This document shows positions 18,343-29,041 of a stretch of 64,000 nucleotides of DNA, piece by piece. The stretch comes from Clostridia bacterium. Its GTDB lineage: Bacteria; Bacillota; Clostridia; UMGS1840. A program made the position numbers and the translations under genes. The DNA lies in the NCBI GenBank assembly GCA_045631485.1, contig JAZQUU010000039.1, positions 41,194 to 105,193 of the forward strand, read 5' to 3'. The first letter of the stretch is position 1. The number at the start of each line of letters is the position of its first letter. The notes beneath the pieces were generated by a model, which did no database searches, was not told the DNA's origin, and was given only the letters and a program-made list of their open reading frames with translations.

Positions 18343-20274
18343 TTATGCACGATTTTTGGTAAAGTTTAAAAGTCCGCCGTCAATCAACATTTCGCGGTCT
18401 CTGTCAGAAAATTCCTGAACCAGCGGAATTTCTTTATTTTTGGTTTTATTAAATAATACAATGGGTTGATTATTTAAAATTGCAGTTTTAATATCTTTTA
18501 ATTCCAATTCATCAGCTAAATCAATGCCGTCGTAGTCTTCTTCGTTTTGGAAAGTCAGCGGAACAATGCCGGCGTTAATTAAGTTTGCTTTATGAATTCT
18601 TGCAAAGGATTTAGTAATAACTGCTTTTACACCTAAGTATAAAGGAGCTAAAGCAGCGTGTTCTCTAGAGGAACCCTGACCATAGTTTGCACCACCGATG
18701 ATGATGGATTTTTTCATTTCCAATGCTCTGTCGTGGAAGCTTTCATCACATACTGCAAAACAGAATTTTGAAATTGCAGGAATGTTGGAACGAAGAGGCA
18801 GAATTTTTGCACCTGCAGGCATAATGTGGTCGGTGGTGATATTATCGCCCACTTTTAAGCTTACTCCTGCAACAATGTCTTCTTCCATCGGTTCAGATGT
18901 AGGGAATGGTTTAATATTAGGACCTCTTAACACTTCAACAGAATCCATATCCGCTTCAGCCACGGGAGGAACAATCATATTATCGTTGATGGTAAATACT
19001 TCAGGTAATTTGAAATCAGGCATTTCGCCGATTTCTCTGGGATCAGTTAAATAGCCGTTGATAGCAGAAATTGCTGCCATCTCGGGAGAAACCAAGTAAA
19101 TCTGACCGTCTTTGGTGCCGGATCTACCTTCAAAGTTACGATTAAAGGTTCTTAAAGAAATCCCTTTGGAATTGGGAGACTGCCCCATACCGATACAAGG
19201 ACCGCAAGCACTTTCCAAAATTCTTGCACCTGCATCAATTAAGATAGACAATGCACCGTTTTCAGCCAACATATTCAATACCTGTTTGGAACCGGGAGCG
19301 ATTGCCAAAGACACATCGGGATGAACGGTTTTTCCTTTTAAAATGTGAGCCACCTTCATCATATCGAGTAATGAAGAGTTGGTGCAGGAACCGATACAAA
19401 CCTGATCAATTTTCATATTGCCGATTTCTTCCACAGATTTAATATTGTCGGGAGAATGAGGACAAGCAGCTAACGGTTTTAATTCGGATAAATTGATGGT
19501 AATTACTTTATCATAAACGGCATCTTCATCTGCTGCCAAGGGAGTGTAATCTTCTTCCCTTTTCTGTGCTTTTAAGAATGCTTCGGTAATTTCATCAGAC
19601 GGGAAAATAGATGTGGTTGCACCAAGCTCTGCACCCATATTGGTGATGGTTGCACGCTCGGGAACAGAAAGAGTTTTCACTCCTTCTCCTGCGTATTCAA
19701 TGATTTTACCAACGCCGCCTTTTACAGACAGAATTCTTAACACTTCTAAAATAACATCTTTGGCACTAACCCAGGGATTTAATTTCCCGGTCAATTCCAC
19801 TTTTACAATTTCGGGGCATACAATATGATAAGCGCCGCCGCCCATTGCAACCGCAACGTCCATACCACCTGCACCGATGGCAATCATACCGATACCGCCG
19901 CCTGTGGGAGTGTGCGAATCGGAACCGATTAAGGTTTTACCGGGAATCCCAAAACGTTCCAAATGAACCTGATGGCAAATCCCGTTACCGGGACGGGAAA
20001 AATAAATGCCGTGTTTTTTACAGATACTTCCGATAAAACGGTGGTCGTCTGCGTTTTCAAAACCGGACTGCAAGGTGTTGTGGTCAATATATGCAACTGA
20101 TTTTTCAGTTTTTACTCTTTTTACGCCCATTGCTTCAAATTCCAGATAAGCCATGGTGCCGGTTGCATCCTGGGTTAAGGTTTGGTCGATACGAATGGCA
20201 ATTGCACTGCCTCGTTTTAATTCACCCTCTACCAGATGCGCTTTTAATATTTTTTCTGCAAGTGTGTAACCCAT
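18343..20274 (-). CDS. acn: Aconitate hydratase
   Basis: The Fe-S ligand motifs are DSHT, IGSCTNS and ACGPCIGMG, and there is a C-terminal swivel domain (GANYGQGSSREHAA). I place the start at MGYTLAEKIL; the 29 upstream codons look non-coding. Confidence 0.9.
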   Translation of the reverse strand: MGYTLAEKILKAHLVEGELKRGSAIAIRIDQTLTQDATGTMAYLEFEAMGVKRVKTEKSVAYIDHNTLQSGFENADDHRFIGSICKKHGIYFSRPGNGICHQVHLERFGIPGKTLIGSDSHTPTGGGIGMIAIGAGGMDVAVAMGGGAYHIVCPEIVKVELTGKLNPWVSAKDVILEVLRILSVKGGVGKIIEYAGEGVKTLSVPERATITNMGAELGATTSIFPSDEITEAFLKAQKREEDYTPLAADEDAVYDKVITINLSELKPLAACPHSPDNIKSVEEIGNMKIDQVCIGSCTNSSLLDMMKVAHILKGKTVHPDVSLAIAPGSKQVLNMLAENGALSILIDAGARILESACGPCIGMGQSPNSKGISLRTFNRNFEGRSGTKDGQIYLVSPEMAAISAINGYLTDPREIGEMPDFKLPEVFTINDNMIVPPVAEADMDSVEVLRGPNIKPFPTSEPMEEDIVAGVSLKVGDNITTDHIMPAGAKILPLRSNIPAISKFCFAVCDESFHDRALEMKKSIIIGGANYGQGSSREHAALAPLYLGVKAVITKSFARIHKANLINAGIVPLTFQNEEDYDGIDLADELELKDIKTAILNNQPIVLFNKTKNKEIPLVQEFSDRDREMLIDGGLLNFTKNRA

Positions 20275-20384
20275 AATATTCACCGTAATAATCTGTTTAT
20301 GTAGTTCAGATGCCCTTTCTTGCTTTATCATTAATAAAAAAATCAAGTAATATTTTATCATATATCATTTAAAATTGCAAGTAG

Positions 20385-20403
20385 TTGGTTAAAAAAATAA
20401 CAA
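20385..20403 (-). promoter_or_regulatory. Candidate Rex operator upstream of acn-icd-rex
   Basis: TTGGTTAAAAAAATAACAA is an imperfect palindrome resembling the clostridial Rex box type TTGTTAA-N4-TTAACAA. It lies about 110 nt upstream of the acn start. Confidence 0.3.
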
Positions 20404-20440
20404 TTTTTAACTGAATATTTCACACAAATATTTTTTTGCA

Positions 20441-20474
20441 ACAAAAAAGACCCACTGCAATCATACAGTGAGTC
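20441..20474 (-). terminator. Rho-independent terminator of the P-loop ATPase gene
   Basis: On the minus strand, GACTCACTG-N8-CAGTGGGTC is followed by T6. Confidence 0.8.
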
Positions 20475-20495
20475 TTTTGAAACAAGAAAGAGGTT

Positions 20496-20909
20496 TTATT
20501 TCACAATATATTTTTTAGTAGCTTCTTCAGCTTCCGCTTCGTCACCGCTAATCATAATTGTAAATTTAATATTAAACTGTGCAGACAATTTTTCCAAATA
20601 AGGAATCACTGCATCCGCATCTTTAACAGAAGATTTCATAATGGTGGTTAAGCTATCAATAAAAATATGTGTAACATCAAAATTCATAGAAATCAAGCCG
20701 CATAAGAATCCGTATAATTCTCCTGCACCGTTAATTTCAAAATCAGATGCGTTAATCAATCTTGCATCACGGGAAATGCTTAAGTTGTAACGATCGTCTT
20801 TTACGATACAAACAACATTACCGTGTTCGTTTTCAACCGCTTCAGCTACCCAAGAAATTAAGGTTTTGGATTTGCCGGTTCCTTTGGGTCCAATCAACAC
20901 TTTAATCAT
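20496..20909 (-). CDS. Small P-loop NTPase (RecA/KaiC-like fold), function unknown
   Basis: Walker A GPKGTGKS is present, with a Walker-B-like THIFIDSL. The start lies 8 nt after GAGGA. Confidence 0.6.
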   Translation of the reverse strand: MIKVLIGPKGTGKSKTLISWVAEAVENEHGNVVCIVKDDRYNLSISRDARLINASDFEINGAGELYGFLCGLISMNFDVTHIFIDSLTTIMKSSVKDADAVIPYLEKLSAQFNIKFTIMISGDEAEAEEATKKYIVK

Positions 20910-21043
20910 AATGAAAATCCTCATCGTTTTAAGGTTTCCCTTAAAAACCCTTTCTTAAGTTATTTGTGCCCGATATTGCATTTTTTAGTTCAAAATACAA
21001 TATCCGAAAAGAAAAACAATATGTAATTCCTTTTCTTTAACTA

Positions 21044-21072
21044 AGTATAGCACAATTGTTACAAAAATGCAA
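21044..21072 (-). promoter_or_regulatory. Sigma-A type promoter for the P-loop NTPase gene (about 130-nt leader)
   Basis: On the minus strand, TTGCAT, a 17-nt spacer, then TATACT. Confidence 0.5.
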
Positions 21073-21110
21073 GTATTTTTGTAATATTTTTGGTTACTTT
21101 TTTGTTACAC

Positions 21111-22457
21111 TTACAAAGCATTCATTCTTTCTTCCAGTTCGGCTTTCATATCCTGATAACCGTCTTTGCCCAAAAGTGCAAACATATTCTTTTTATACAC
21201 TTCTACGCCGGGCTGGTCAAAGGGATTTACACCCAGCATATAGCCGGAAATTGCACACGCTTTTTCGAAGAAATAGAATAAATAACCAAGATTGTATTCG
21301 TCTTTTTTCTCCATGGAAATCACGATATTGGGAACACCGCCGTCGTAATGCGCCATCAAGGTTCCTAAGAACGCTTTTTTGTTTACAAAATCAACAGTTT
21401 TTCCTGCTAAGAAATTCAAACCGTCCACATTATCGGGGTCTTTTGCAATGGTGATATCGGTAGTGGGATTTTCCACGGTGATGATAGTTTCAAATAAATT
21501 TCTTAAACCTTCCTGTACATACTGACCCAAGGAATGTAAATCGGTGGAGAAATTCATGGAAGTGGGCAGAATGCCTTTTTGTTCTTTGCCTTCACTTTCG
21601 CCGAATAATTGTTTGTACCATTCGGAGAACATTACCATTGCAGGCTCATAAGAAACTAAAGTTTCCACATTTTTGCCTTTTCTGTATAACAGATTACGGG
21701 TTACTGCATATTTTAAGCAGTCATTTTCGTTAATATCGGTGCTCATATAATCGTTCATCGCATCATAAGCACCCTGCATTAATGCATCCAAATCTGCACC
21801 TGCACATGCAATGGGCAACAAACCTACTGCAGTCAAAACGGAAAATCTTCCGCCAACCACATCAGGAACCACGAAAGTTTCGTAGCCTTCTTCTCTTGCT
21901 AAGTTAAGCAAGGTACCTTTGTTGGCATCGGTGGTAACGTAAATACGTTCTTTAGCACCTTCTTTGCCGTATTTTTTCTCCATCAAATCTTTAAACAGAC
22001 GAAATGCCAAAGCGGGTTCGGTGGTAGTACCTGATTTTGAAATAACGTTAATGGAGAAATCTTTTTCTTCCATCAACTGCAGTAAATCGCTGTGATATTC
22101 GGAACTAATGGTATTTCCTGCAAAGAAAATCTGGGGAAACTCTTTGGTTCTTACATTGTATAAAGGACCATTTAAAAATTCAATAGCAGCTCTTGCACCA
22201 AGATAGGAACCGCCGATACCGATGGTAATTAACGCATCAGACTGTTCTTTGATTTTTTTTGCTGCTGCTTTAATGCGGGCAAATTCTTCTTTATCATAAT
22301 TTTGGGGTAAATCCAGCCAACCTAAAAAGTCATTACCGGGACCTTTTTTATCGTGCAATAAATCAATTGCCGCTTTTGCCTGATAAGAAATCTTATCAAA
22401 CTCGGTAGCATCAACAAAACCTTTTGTTTTGGAAAAATCTACTGTTAATTTTCTCAT
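21111..22457 (-). CDS. pgi: Glucose-6-phosphate isomerase
   Basis: This is a Bacillus/Clostridium-type PGI (VDFSKTKGF..., [24 protein letters not shown], the active-site region FGESEGK). The alternative start at 22478 would add 7 aa. Confidence 0.93.
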   Translation of the reverse strand: MRKLTVDFSKTKGFVDATEFDKISYQAKAAIDLLHDKKGPGNDFLGWLDLPQNYDKEEFARIKAAAKKIKEQSDALITIGIGGSYLGARAAIEFLNGPLYNVRTKEFPQIFFAGNTISSEYHSDLLQLMEEKDFSINVISKSGTTTEPALAFRLFKDLMEKKYGKEGAKERIYVTTDANKGTLLNLAREEGYETFVVPDVVGGRFSVLTAVGLLPIACAGADLDALMQGAYDAMNDYMSTDINENDCLKYAVTRNLLYRKGKNVETLVSYEPAMVMFSEWYKQLFGESEGKEQKGILPTSMNFSTDLHSLGQYVQEGLRNLFETIITVENPTTDITIAKDPDNVDGLNFLAGKTVDFVNKKAFLGTLMAHYDGGVPNIVISMEKKDEYNLGYLFYFFEKACAISGYMLGVNPFDQPGVEVYKKNMFALLGKDGYQDMKAELEERMNAL

Positions 22458-22515
22458 TGTGTTAAAAATTCCTTCCATTTGCTTTTTTATAAATAAACAG
22501 TATGTACTGTTAATT

Positions 22516-23001
22516 TTAATAAGAACCGCTTCCTAAGGTATCATCGTTATAAATCCAGTCTCTCACATGAACGGTGGTGAATTCATCTTTGGTATTTCTC
22601 ACGATTACCCACTCAATCCCCGCATTGATGATAAGGCGTTTACACATCGCACAAGGATTGGCGTTTTCTACATAACTGCCGTCAGACATTTCTTTACCTA
22701 CCAAATAAAGCGTAGCGCCGATCATATCCGAGCGTTTTGCGCTGATGATGCAGTTTGCCTCCGCGTGAACCGATCTGCAAAGCTCATAACGTTGTCCTCT
22801 GGGAACATTCAAATTTTCTCTGACGCAACTTCCCAAATCCGCACAGTTTCTTCTGCCTCTAGGAGCGCCGGTATATCCCGTGGAAATAATTTCATCATTT
22901 TTTACGATAATTGCACCGAAATTTCGTCTTAAACAAGTCCCTCTTGTTACAACTGCTTCTGCAATATCAAGATAGTAATTCTGTTTGTCTTTTCTTTCCA
23001 T
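22516..23001 (-). CDS. comEB: dCMP deaminase (ComEB family)
   Basis: The zinc motifs are VHAEANCI and PCAMCKRLI. Confidence 0.88.
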   Translation of the reverse strand: MERKDKQNYYLDIAEAVVTRGTCLRRNFGAIIVKNDEIISTGYTGAPRGRRNCADLGSCVRENLNVPRGQRYELCRSVHAEANCIISAKRSDMIGATLYLVGKEMSDGSYVENANPCAMCKRLIINAGIEWVIVRNTKDEFTTVHVRDWIYNDDTLGSGSY

Positions 23002-23080
23002 GAATTTACCTCCCCGGAATTTAATTAGAATATATTATACTATAAAATAGTTTCTTTGGCAAGATATAACTACAAATTTT

Positions 23081-24412
23081 TCAGATTTTTTTATACTCTT
23101 TTTCCGCATAGGATAAAATAATGTCTTTATCGTTGGGAATTTCATCGTCAATGACCAAATCCAATATTTTTTTCAGGGTTTTACCAATCTCTTTTCCTTT
23201 TGGAATCCCAAGAGAAATTAAATCATTCCCCGATACTGCCAAATCTTTTAGCGAAAAACAAGCATCCTCTTCTATCACTTTTTGATATATCGTTCTGATT
23301 TCTTGAATTTTTTCAAGTTTTTTATCAGAATGAACGGTAGTTTTCGCATCTGCTTCTTTTATAAAAAGCAATCGTTCAAATTGTTCTCTGCCAATTTTAT
23401 TGAGCCACCGTTTTACTGTTTTTTCGGTTGCTTCAATCTGTGCATCGTGATATTTTACCAATTCGGTAACAACGCGAATGGTATCACCATCAAATTTCAT
23501 CCGCTTTAAAACGGTATTGGTAATTTCCGAACCAACCGAAGCGTGGGAGAAAAAGTGCCCTACCCCGTTTTCATCTTGTGAAAATGTATCAGGCTTTCCG
23601 ATATCGTGAAACAAAACCGCCAACCGAACTAAAATGTCTGTTTCGGATTCTGCTGTACTTTTTACCGAATGTGTCCACACATCGTATAAATGATGGGGAT
23701 TTTTTTGAGAAAAATCAAACATAAGTGCAAGTTCTGGGATAATGATTCCGAAAATATCACGATATGTTATCAGAATCTTTTCGGCAAAGTCTCCCAACAA
23801 TAACTTTTTAAATTCTTCAATGATTCGTTCCGATGCAATTTTTTTAAGCAAATGCTTGGTTTCAAACATTGCTTTCTTGGTTTCTTCTTCTATTTTAAAA
23901 CCATAAGTTGCGGCAAATCGGAGGCCTCTCATAATCCGAAGAGCATCCTCGGAAAACCGTGTTTTGGCATCTCCTACGCAACGAATTATTTTGTTATGTA
24001 AATCTGTTTTTCCTCCATAACAATCAATTAACCCCTCATCCGGATGATATGCCATTGCATTCACCGTAAAATCACGACGGGCAAGGTCTTCTTTAATATC
24101 CGATACAAATGTAACCGTTTCGGGATGACGGCAATCTATATAGTCCCCCTCTGTTCGAAAAGTGGTGATTTCATAGGATTGATGATTGAGGCGAACGGTA
24201 AGGGTTCCATGCTTTAACCCTGTTTCAATGATGTGATAGGAGGAAAAACATTCCTTCATTTGCTCGGGCAACGCTGAAGTGCAAATATCCCAATCTCCCG
24301 GAGTTTTTCCTAAAAGACAATCACGAACACAACCACCTACCACATAGGCAGAATACCCTGCTTGATTTAATTGTTCCAATAAAGTAATAACCTCGTTTGG
24401 AATTTGTATCAT
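23081..24412 (-). CDS. cca: CCA-adding tRNA nucleotidyltransferase with a C-terminal HD domain
   Basis: It has the Pol-beta head (VGGCVRDCLLG..DWD), RRDFTVNA and an HD motif (LFHDIGK). Confidence 0.88.
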   Translation of the reverse strand: MIQIPNEVITLLEQLNQAGYSAYVVGGCVRDCLLGKTPGDWDICTSALPEQMKECFSSYHIIETGLKHGTLTVRLNHQSYEITTFRTEGDYIDCRHPETVTFVSDIKEDLARRDFTVNAMAYHPDEGLIDCYGGKTDLHNKIIRCVGDAKTRFSEDALRIMRGLRFAATYGFKIEEETKKAMFETKHLLKKIASERIIEEFKKLLLGDFAEKILITYRDIFGIIIPELALMFDFSQKNPHHLYDVWTHSVKSTAESETDILVRLAVLFHDIGKPDTFSQDENGVGHFFSHASVGSEITNTVLKRMKFDGDTIRVVTELVKYHDAQIEATEKTVKRWLNKIGREQFERLLFIKEADAKTTVHSDKKLEKIQEIRTIYQKVIEEDACFSLKDLAVSGNDLISLGIPKGKEIGKTLKKILDLVIDDEIPNDKDIILSYAEKEYKKI

Positions 24413-24420
24413 AAATGCTC

Positions 24421-25542
24421 CTACAAAATATTATTGTCTTTTAAGGCACGATAAAGTGTATCTGCCCAGATTTTGCACCCTTCCTCATTGGGATGTCCGC
24501 CGTATTTTGCATTTTGGGGAACGTTTTCATCTCCCAGTAAAGTTGCTGCATCAAATAAAAAATCTGCTTTATTTTTCAGGTCACTTTTTATAAAAGAATT
24601 GATTTGTTGCCATGTTTTAATCAGTTCCCCTTGATAATCAAACGGGGGTAATGTCTGCAAAATTACCTTTTTGCCTGCTTTTTTAAGTTCGTCAACGATA
24701 TAAGTTAAATCCGATTTGATTTGTTCTTCCGATTGACCTTGTAAAACATCGTTAACACCAAAGCAAACAAAAATAATATCATTCTGCTTGGCTTTCTCTA
24801 TCCAAATACCATCGGATGCGGCGTCATTGGCTCTGCCGTAACCAAGACCTAAATTCCAATAGGAATATTGATTGCCGATTTTTTCGGATAACAGCGCATT
24901 CCAATGGGAATAAGAATTTTCTTTGGTACCGATTCCCTGAGTAATGGAATCCCCGAAATAACCGATTTTTTTGGTAATTGCTCTGTCACACCCAATCATA
25001 CTTGCAAAAGGCATTTCTTTGCCATAGCTCCACCCTTTTTCCCCTTTTGTATAAACGGGCAAAAGTGTTTCCTCGTGGTACGGAATCTGTGCTCCCGAAA
25101 AGGTGATTTCCAAACACAGATACTCCCCTTTTTGAAAGGTAAGCTCCATCGGGTCGGAGGCAAATAAACCGCCATCCGTTACTTCTTTTGACGGTTTTCC
25201 GTCAAAAGAGATTCCAAAAAATTCGGAAACGATGATATCTTGATCCATGATTAGTTTGGATAATTCTTTGTCATCGGGAATATTTTTGCATTTTCCCATT
25301 TTCGCACGATGAATTTTCCAAGAGGGGCAAATCATATTTTTTCGGCTGATGTTTCCGTTTTCAAAGGTACTGTCTATGATATTGGAAAATAAGATGGAAT
25401 AGCGATAGGTTCCACCCTCTGTGATTTTATAAAAAATACGTCCGCATCGCACCTCATTTTCAGGCATGGTGAAAAAATACTGATTTCCGCTTCCTGCATA
25501 AGCATTGGAGGAAAATTCGGAAAAATAATTCGAAATATCCAT
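24421..25542 (-). CDS. SGNH/GDSL hydrolase with an N-terminal beta-rich domain
   Basis: Block I is GYFGDSITQG, block III FGVNDV and block V GGHPNEEG. I place the start at MDISNYF. Confidence 0.75.
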   Translation of the reverse strand: MDISNYFSEFSSNAYAGSGNQYFFTMPENEVRCGRIFYKITEGGTYRYSILFSNIIDSTFENGNISRKNMICPSWKIHRAKMGKCKNIPDDKELSKLIMDQDIIVSEFFGISFDGKPSKEVTDGGLFASDPMELTFQKGEYLCLEITFSGAQIPYHEETLLPVYTKGEKGWSYGKEMPFASMIGCDRAITKKIGYFGDSITQGIGTKENSYSHWNALLSEKIGNQYSYWNLGLGYGRANDAASDGIWIEKAKQNDIIFVCFGVNDVLQGQSEEQIKSDLTYIVDELKKAGKKVILQTLPPFDYQGELIKTWQQINSFIKSDLKNKADFLFDAATLLGDENVPQNAKYGGHPNEEGCKIWADTLYRALKDNNIL

Positions 25543-25568
25543 AAAGCCCTCGTTATCAATCAAAAATA

Positions 25569-26483
25569 TTACGGGAGCATATGTCCTGCCGCACGGTAAA
25601 TTTGATACCATTGGTCACGGGATAATACTACATCCGCACCTTTGCAGATTTCAGTTAGACGAGCGGGGTTCATAGTGCCTGCAATCAACTGCATATTGGC
25701 AGGATGACGAAGAATCCAGGCAGCTGCGACACCGGTTTTGGTGATGCCATATTCTTCTGCAAGTTCGTCTAACTTTTTATTTAATTCAGGAAAATCTTCA
25801 TTGTCGATATAACTTCCTCCGAAAAATCCGTGCTGGAAGGGTGACCACGCCTGAATGGTAATATTTTTGATACGGCTATATTCTAAAAATGAACCGTCGT
25901 GCATCACCGATTCTGCATTTTTCATATTCACATTCATTCCCGAAGTTATCAAACCTGCTTCGGTGACCGAAAACTGCAGCTGATTAATGATAAGCGGCTG
26001 TTTTACCGCTGTTTTCAATAGTTCCATTTGCATCATATTCTGGTTGGAAACACCAAAATATTTTACTTTGCCGGATGTTTCCAGCTGATTAAACGCTTCG
26101 GCTACCTCTTCCGGTTCCATTAAGGTATCGGGACGATGCAAAAGCAACACATCTAAATAATCCACACCCAGACGAGATAAACTTCCGTCAACCGCCTTTA
26201 GGATATGTTCTTTCGAAAAATCAAACTGACCGTCATGAATGGAACATTTGCTCTGAATCCAGATTTTGTCACGAACACCGGGATTTCTTTTTAAATAGTC
26301 CCCGAAAAAGCGTTCCGAATTACCCACGCCGTAAATGTCTGCATGGTCAAAGAAATTGATACCATGCTCCAACGCCGTGTTCATAATGTCATCCACACGC
26401 TTTTCGTCTAAGTCACTCATTCTCATGCAACCAAGCGATACCGCAGATGCATTGATTTTATTAGCTATGCTAATGTATTTCAT
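25569..26483 (-). CDS. Aldo/keto reductase
   Basis: The AKR motifs are FDHADIYG, LLHRPD and GVSN. The start lies 7 nt after GGAGA. Confidence 0.88.
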   Translation of the reverse strand: MKYISIANKINASAVSLGCMRMSDLDEKRVDDIMNTALEHGINFFDHADIYGVGNSERFFGDYLKRNPGVRDKIWIQSKCSIHDGQFDFSKEHILKAVDGSLSRLGVDYLDVLLLHRPDTLMEPEEVAEAFNQLETSGKVKYFGVSNQNMMQMELLKTAVKQPLIINQLQFSVTEAGLITSGMNVNMKNAESVMHDGSFLEYSRIKNITIQAWSPFQHGFFGGSYIDNEDFPELNKKLDELAEEYGITKTGVAAAWILRHPANMQLIAGTMNPARLTEICKGADVVLSRDQWYQIYRAAGHMLP

Positions 26484-26601
26484 AAGGTTTCTCCTTTTCG
26501 CCAAATTTATACAATTCTTATATGCTCATGTGATATAAGAGATATTTTTTTAAAGGTTGCCCCTCAAGGGGAAGGTTCTCACATTTATTAAATCAAGATA
26601 A

Positions 26602-27585
26602 TCAATTCTGCCACATAATATTTTGTTTCTTCTCTAACGGATAGCTTATTAATTTACAGCCGTCCAAATTTTCTTTATGCATATCCACGGCACAAATTTG
26701 GGAATTATCATAGGTGGTGTAATAATAGATGCCGCGGTCAATGTTACAGCAAGAACTGTATTGGGTGATTTCGTACACGTCTTTGGTAAGCTCCACCCAA
26801 CCTCGTTGCATTTCCACAGATTTTAAAATATGAAAAAACTGACTGACGCTTTCGTCCTCGGAATCTCCCGAAACAGAATTTAATTTCACAAAAGCTGCTT
26901 TTACAAATCGGGACATAGAGGACGCATCCCCGGGCAATCCCAAGGCGCCCATTCCACGGGAATATTCTTTTAGTTGCAAGTTGCCGTTTTCTCCTGCGAA
27001 GAATTTTTTTGGTGTTCCTTTGGTTAGCTGCATATAGTTATTTAAGTTAAACAAATGATAATCAAAGGTGGGACTGTTGGTCAGTACACCGACGGGATTT
27101 TCATAAATTTTGATACCTGACTTTAACGATTCTGCCGTAATAGAACGCTCTCTATCTGCAATCATCCAATGAAGCGGAGTTAAGGGCAACTCATCACTAA
27201 AATTTTCATTCAGAAGAGTCATATTTTGGATGAGTTTTTCCGCATCTGTCACCGTTGCACATTGTCCCAACAACCAAGGAATCAGTTCAAAGGGAGTGAT
27301 ATTGTCTTTGCCATCGCAGTAAGGTTTATATTCCGCATAGTCGGGAAAATTTAGTCCTGCAATGCAGAGTCCTTTTTCATTTACCGCATCGTAGTATAAC
27401 GGATAATCCCCCGAAACATACGCCATTCCGATGATGGCATAATGGCTTTGCAAATTCCCCGTTTTCCGAAAACGAAACACATAATTTCGGGGAGTAACAG
27501 TCACGGTTTCGTGATAAGTATATTCCAGATCTAAATTTCTGCCAAAATACCGGTCTTTGGTTTTATAGGTAACGGCTGTGCACAT
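26602..27585 (-). CDS. bsh: Choloylglycine hydrolase family Ntn-hydrolase (probable bile-salt hydrolase)
   Basis: The nucleophile Cys follows the initiator Met directly (MCTAVTYKT), then FGRNLD. It is about 327 aa. The start is the ATG after GGAG. Confidence 0.88.
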   Translation of the reverse strand: MCTAVTYKTKDRYFGRNLDLEYTYHETVTVTPRNYVFRFRKTGNLQSHYAIIGMAYVSGDYPLYYDAVNEKGLCIAGLNFPDYAEYKPYCDGKDNITPFELIPWLLGQCATVTDAEKLIQNMTLLNENFSDELPLTPLHWMIADRERSITAESLKSGIKIYENPVGVLTNSPTFDYHLFNLNNYMQLTKGTPKKFFAGENGNLQLKEYSRGMGALGLPGDASSMSRFVKAAFVKLNSVSGDSEDESVSQFFHILKSVEMQRGWVELTKDVYEITQYSSCCNIDRGIYYYTTYDNSQICAVDMHKENLDGCKLISYPLEKKQNIMWQN

Positions 27586-27678
27586 GGTCCGACACTCCTT
27601 TTTTATTAGTATCGGCAAACAACCGTTTTTCTACTACTATTTTAGCATAATTATTTTCCGTTGTCAAACATAGATACC

Positions 27679-27723
27679 AAAAAACACAGACTCTTCTTTT
27701 CTAGGAAGAATCTGTGTTTTTTT
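27679..27723. terminator. Bidirectional terminator between the MFS gene and bsh
   Basis: CACAGACTCTTC-N8-GAAGAATCTGTG flanked by A6 and T7. Confidence 0.8.
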
Positions 27724-27724
27724 A

Positions 27725-28957
27725 TTACGGTTTACGAATCGATAAATTTAAAATGAGTGCCACAAATGTTAAAGCGAGAAGCATAATAAACGGCAGAATA
27801 TATGCACCTGATGCTTCCAAAACGGAGTTTGCTGCCGTGGCAATAAAAGAACCAATCATTACGGTAAAGGTCATAATTGCCATATTGTTGGGAAAATATT
27901 TCATTCCGTAGAAAGAGGATGTGTATGCCGCAGTAATGGTGGGACAAGCACCGTAAGACAAGCCTGTTAAACATAATCCTGCAATGCAAAGCCACAGATT
28001 GCCGGAAGAAACCGCAAACAAGGTAACTGCTGCTGCTCCAATGGTTAAAATATTGGCACAAATCATGGTTTTTCTTCGACCGATTATATCAAAGATGGCA
28101 CCGGTTAAGATTCGTCCGATTCCGTTACAAACAGACAGCACTCCAACCAAAGAAACCGCCAGAGATTCAGGTGCCTGAACGGATAATGCCAAATCTTTTG
28201 CAAAACTAATCACCGAGCTTCCCACCGCAGCCAAAAAGGAAATTGCTAAAAATGCCATCCAAAAAGACGGTCTTTTTAACATTTGTACGGAAGTAAAATC
28301 TTGTTTTTCAAATGTTTCAGTTTGCGTATTTTTAATTACTTTCGGAGACGGCAACACTGTATTTGCAGTTGGTTTCTTTAACAAAATACCTGCAAGTGCC
28401 AAAACAATAAAAATTGCGAAACCCAATACAATATAAGTAGCACGCCAACCAACCGAACTTTTAAACATAGCATCTGCCACATTTCCCAATACTAACGCAG
28501 AAGCTCCAAATCCCATCATCAGGCAACCGGAACAGAGCCCTTTTTTATCGGGGAACCAGGCGCTTACCGTGGAAATTGTCACATTATATGCAATTCCGAT
28601 ACCAAGTCCTGCAAGCACGCCGTAAGTAAGATATAAAACAAAAACGGGAACATTAGATAGTATTGCGGTTAATGAAAATCCGGCAGCAGATAGCACTCCT
28701 GCCAAAATCAGCGCAACCCGATGCCCTGCTTTTTTGGATAATCGTGCCCCCAACAATCCGCCCACACAGAAAAAGGTCATAGCGATTGTAAAACAAAGAG
28801 CAAGCTCGGATGCTCCCCAACCAAAGTCTTTACCTAAAGGGGATTTTAAAATTGACCAGGCATATAACACTCCTGCAAAAAGCATAGCGATTACACCAAT
28901 GGCCATATACAGCCAACGGATAGAAAGTTTCTGTTCTTTTTTATTTGTTTGATTCAT
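27725..28957 (-). CDS. MFS transporter (oxalate/formate antiporter-like subfamily)
   Basis: It has 12 predicted TM helices in a 6+6 arrangement with a central loop, and the N-terminus RWLYMAIGVIAMLFAGVLYAWSILKSPL is typical of OFA-type MFS. Confidence 0.85.
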   Translation of the reverse strand: MNQTNKKEQKLSIRWLYMAIGVIAMLFAGVLYAWSILKSPLGKDFGWGASELALCFTIAMTFFCVGGLLGARLSKKAGHRVALILAGVLSAAGFSLTAILSNVPVFVLYLTYGVLAGLGIGIAYNVTISTVSAWFPDKKGLCSGCLMMGFGASALVLGNVADAMFKSSVGWRATYIVLGFAIFIVLALAGILLKKPTANTVLPSPKVIKNTQTETFEKQDFTSVQMLKRPSFWMAFLAISFLAAVGSSVISFAKDLALSVQAPESLAVSLVGVLSVCNGIGRILTGAIFDIIGRRKTMICANILTIGAAAVTLFAVSSGNLWLCIAGLCLTGLSYGACPTITAAYTSSFYGMKYFPNNMAIMTFTVMIGSFIATAANSVLEASGAYILPFIMLLALTFVALILNLSIRKP

Positions 28958-29041
28958 AATGTATAATTCCTTTAACGTTATATAAACTTAGGGAAATATT
29001 ATAATATACTTTCCCCAAAAAAGCAAGAAAAACTACAAATT

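Noticed and set aside
20275-20361. The N-terminal extension of the aconitase ORF (MIKYYLIFLLMIKQERASELHKQIITVNI).
   Set aside because: It has AT-rich non-coding character. Aconitase homology starts at MGYTLAEKIL, which is the better start.
21056-21454. Plus-strand ORFs (132 aa and 63 aa) overlapping pgi.
   Set aside because: They are antisense to a well-supported pgi gene, have low-complexity Arg/Leu/Phe-rich translations and lack an RBS.
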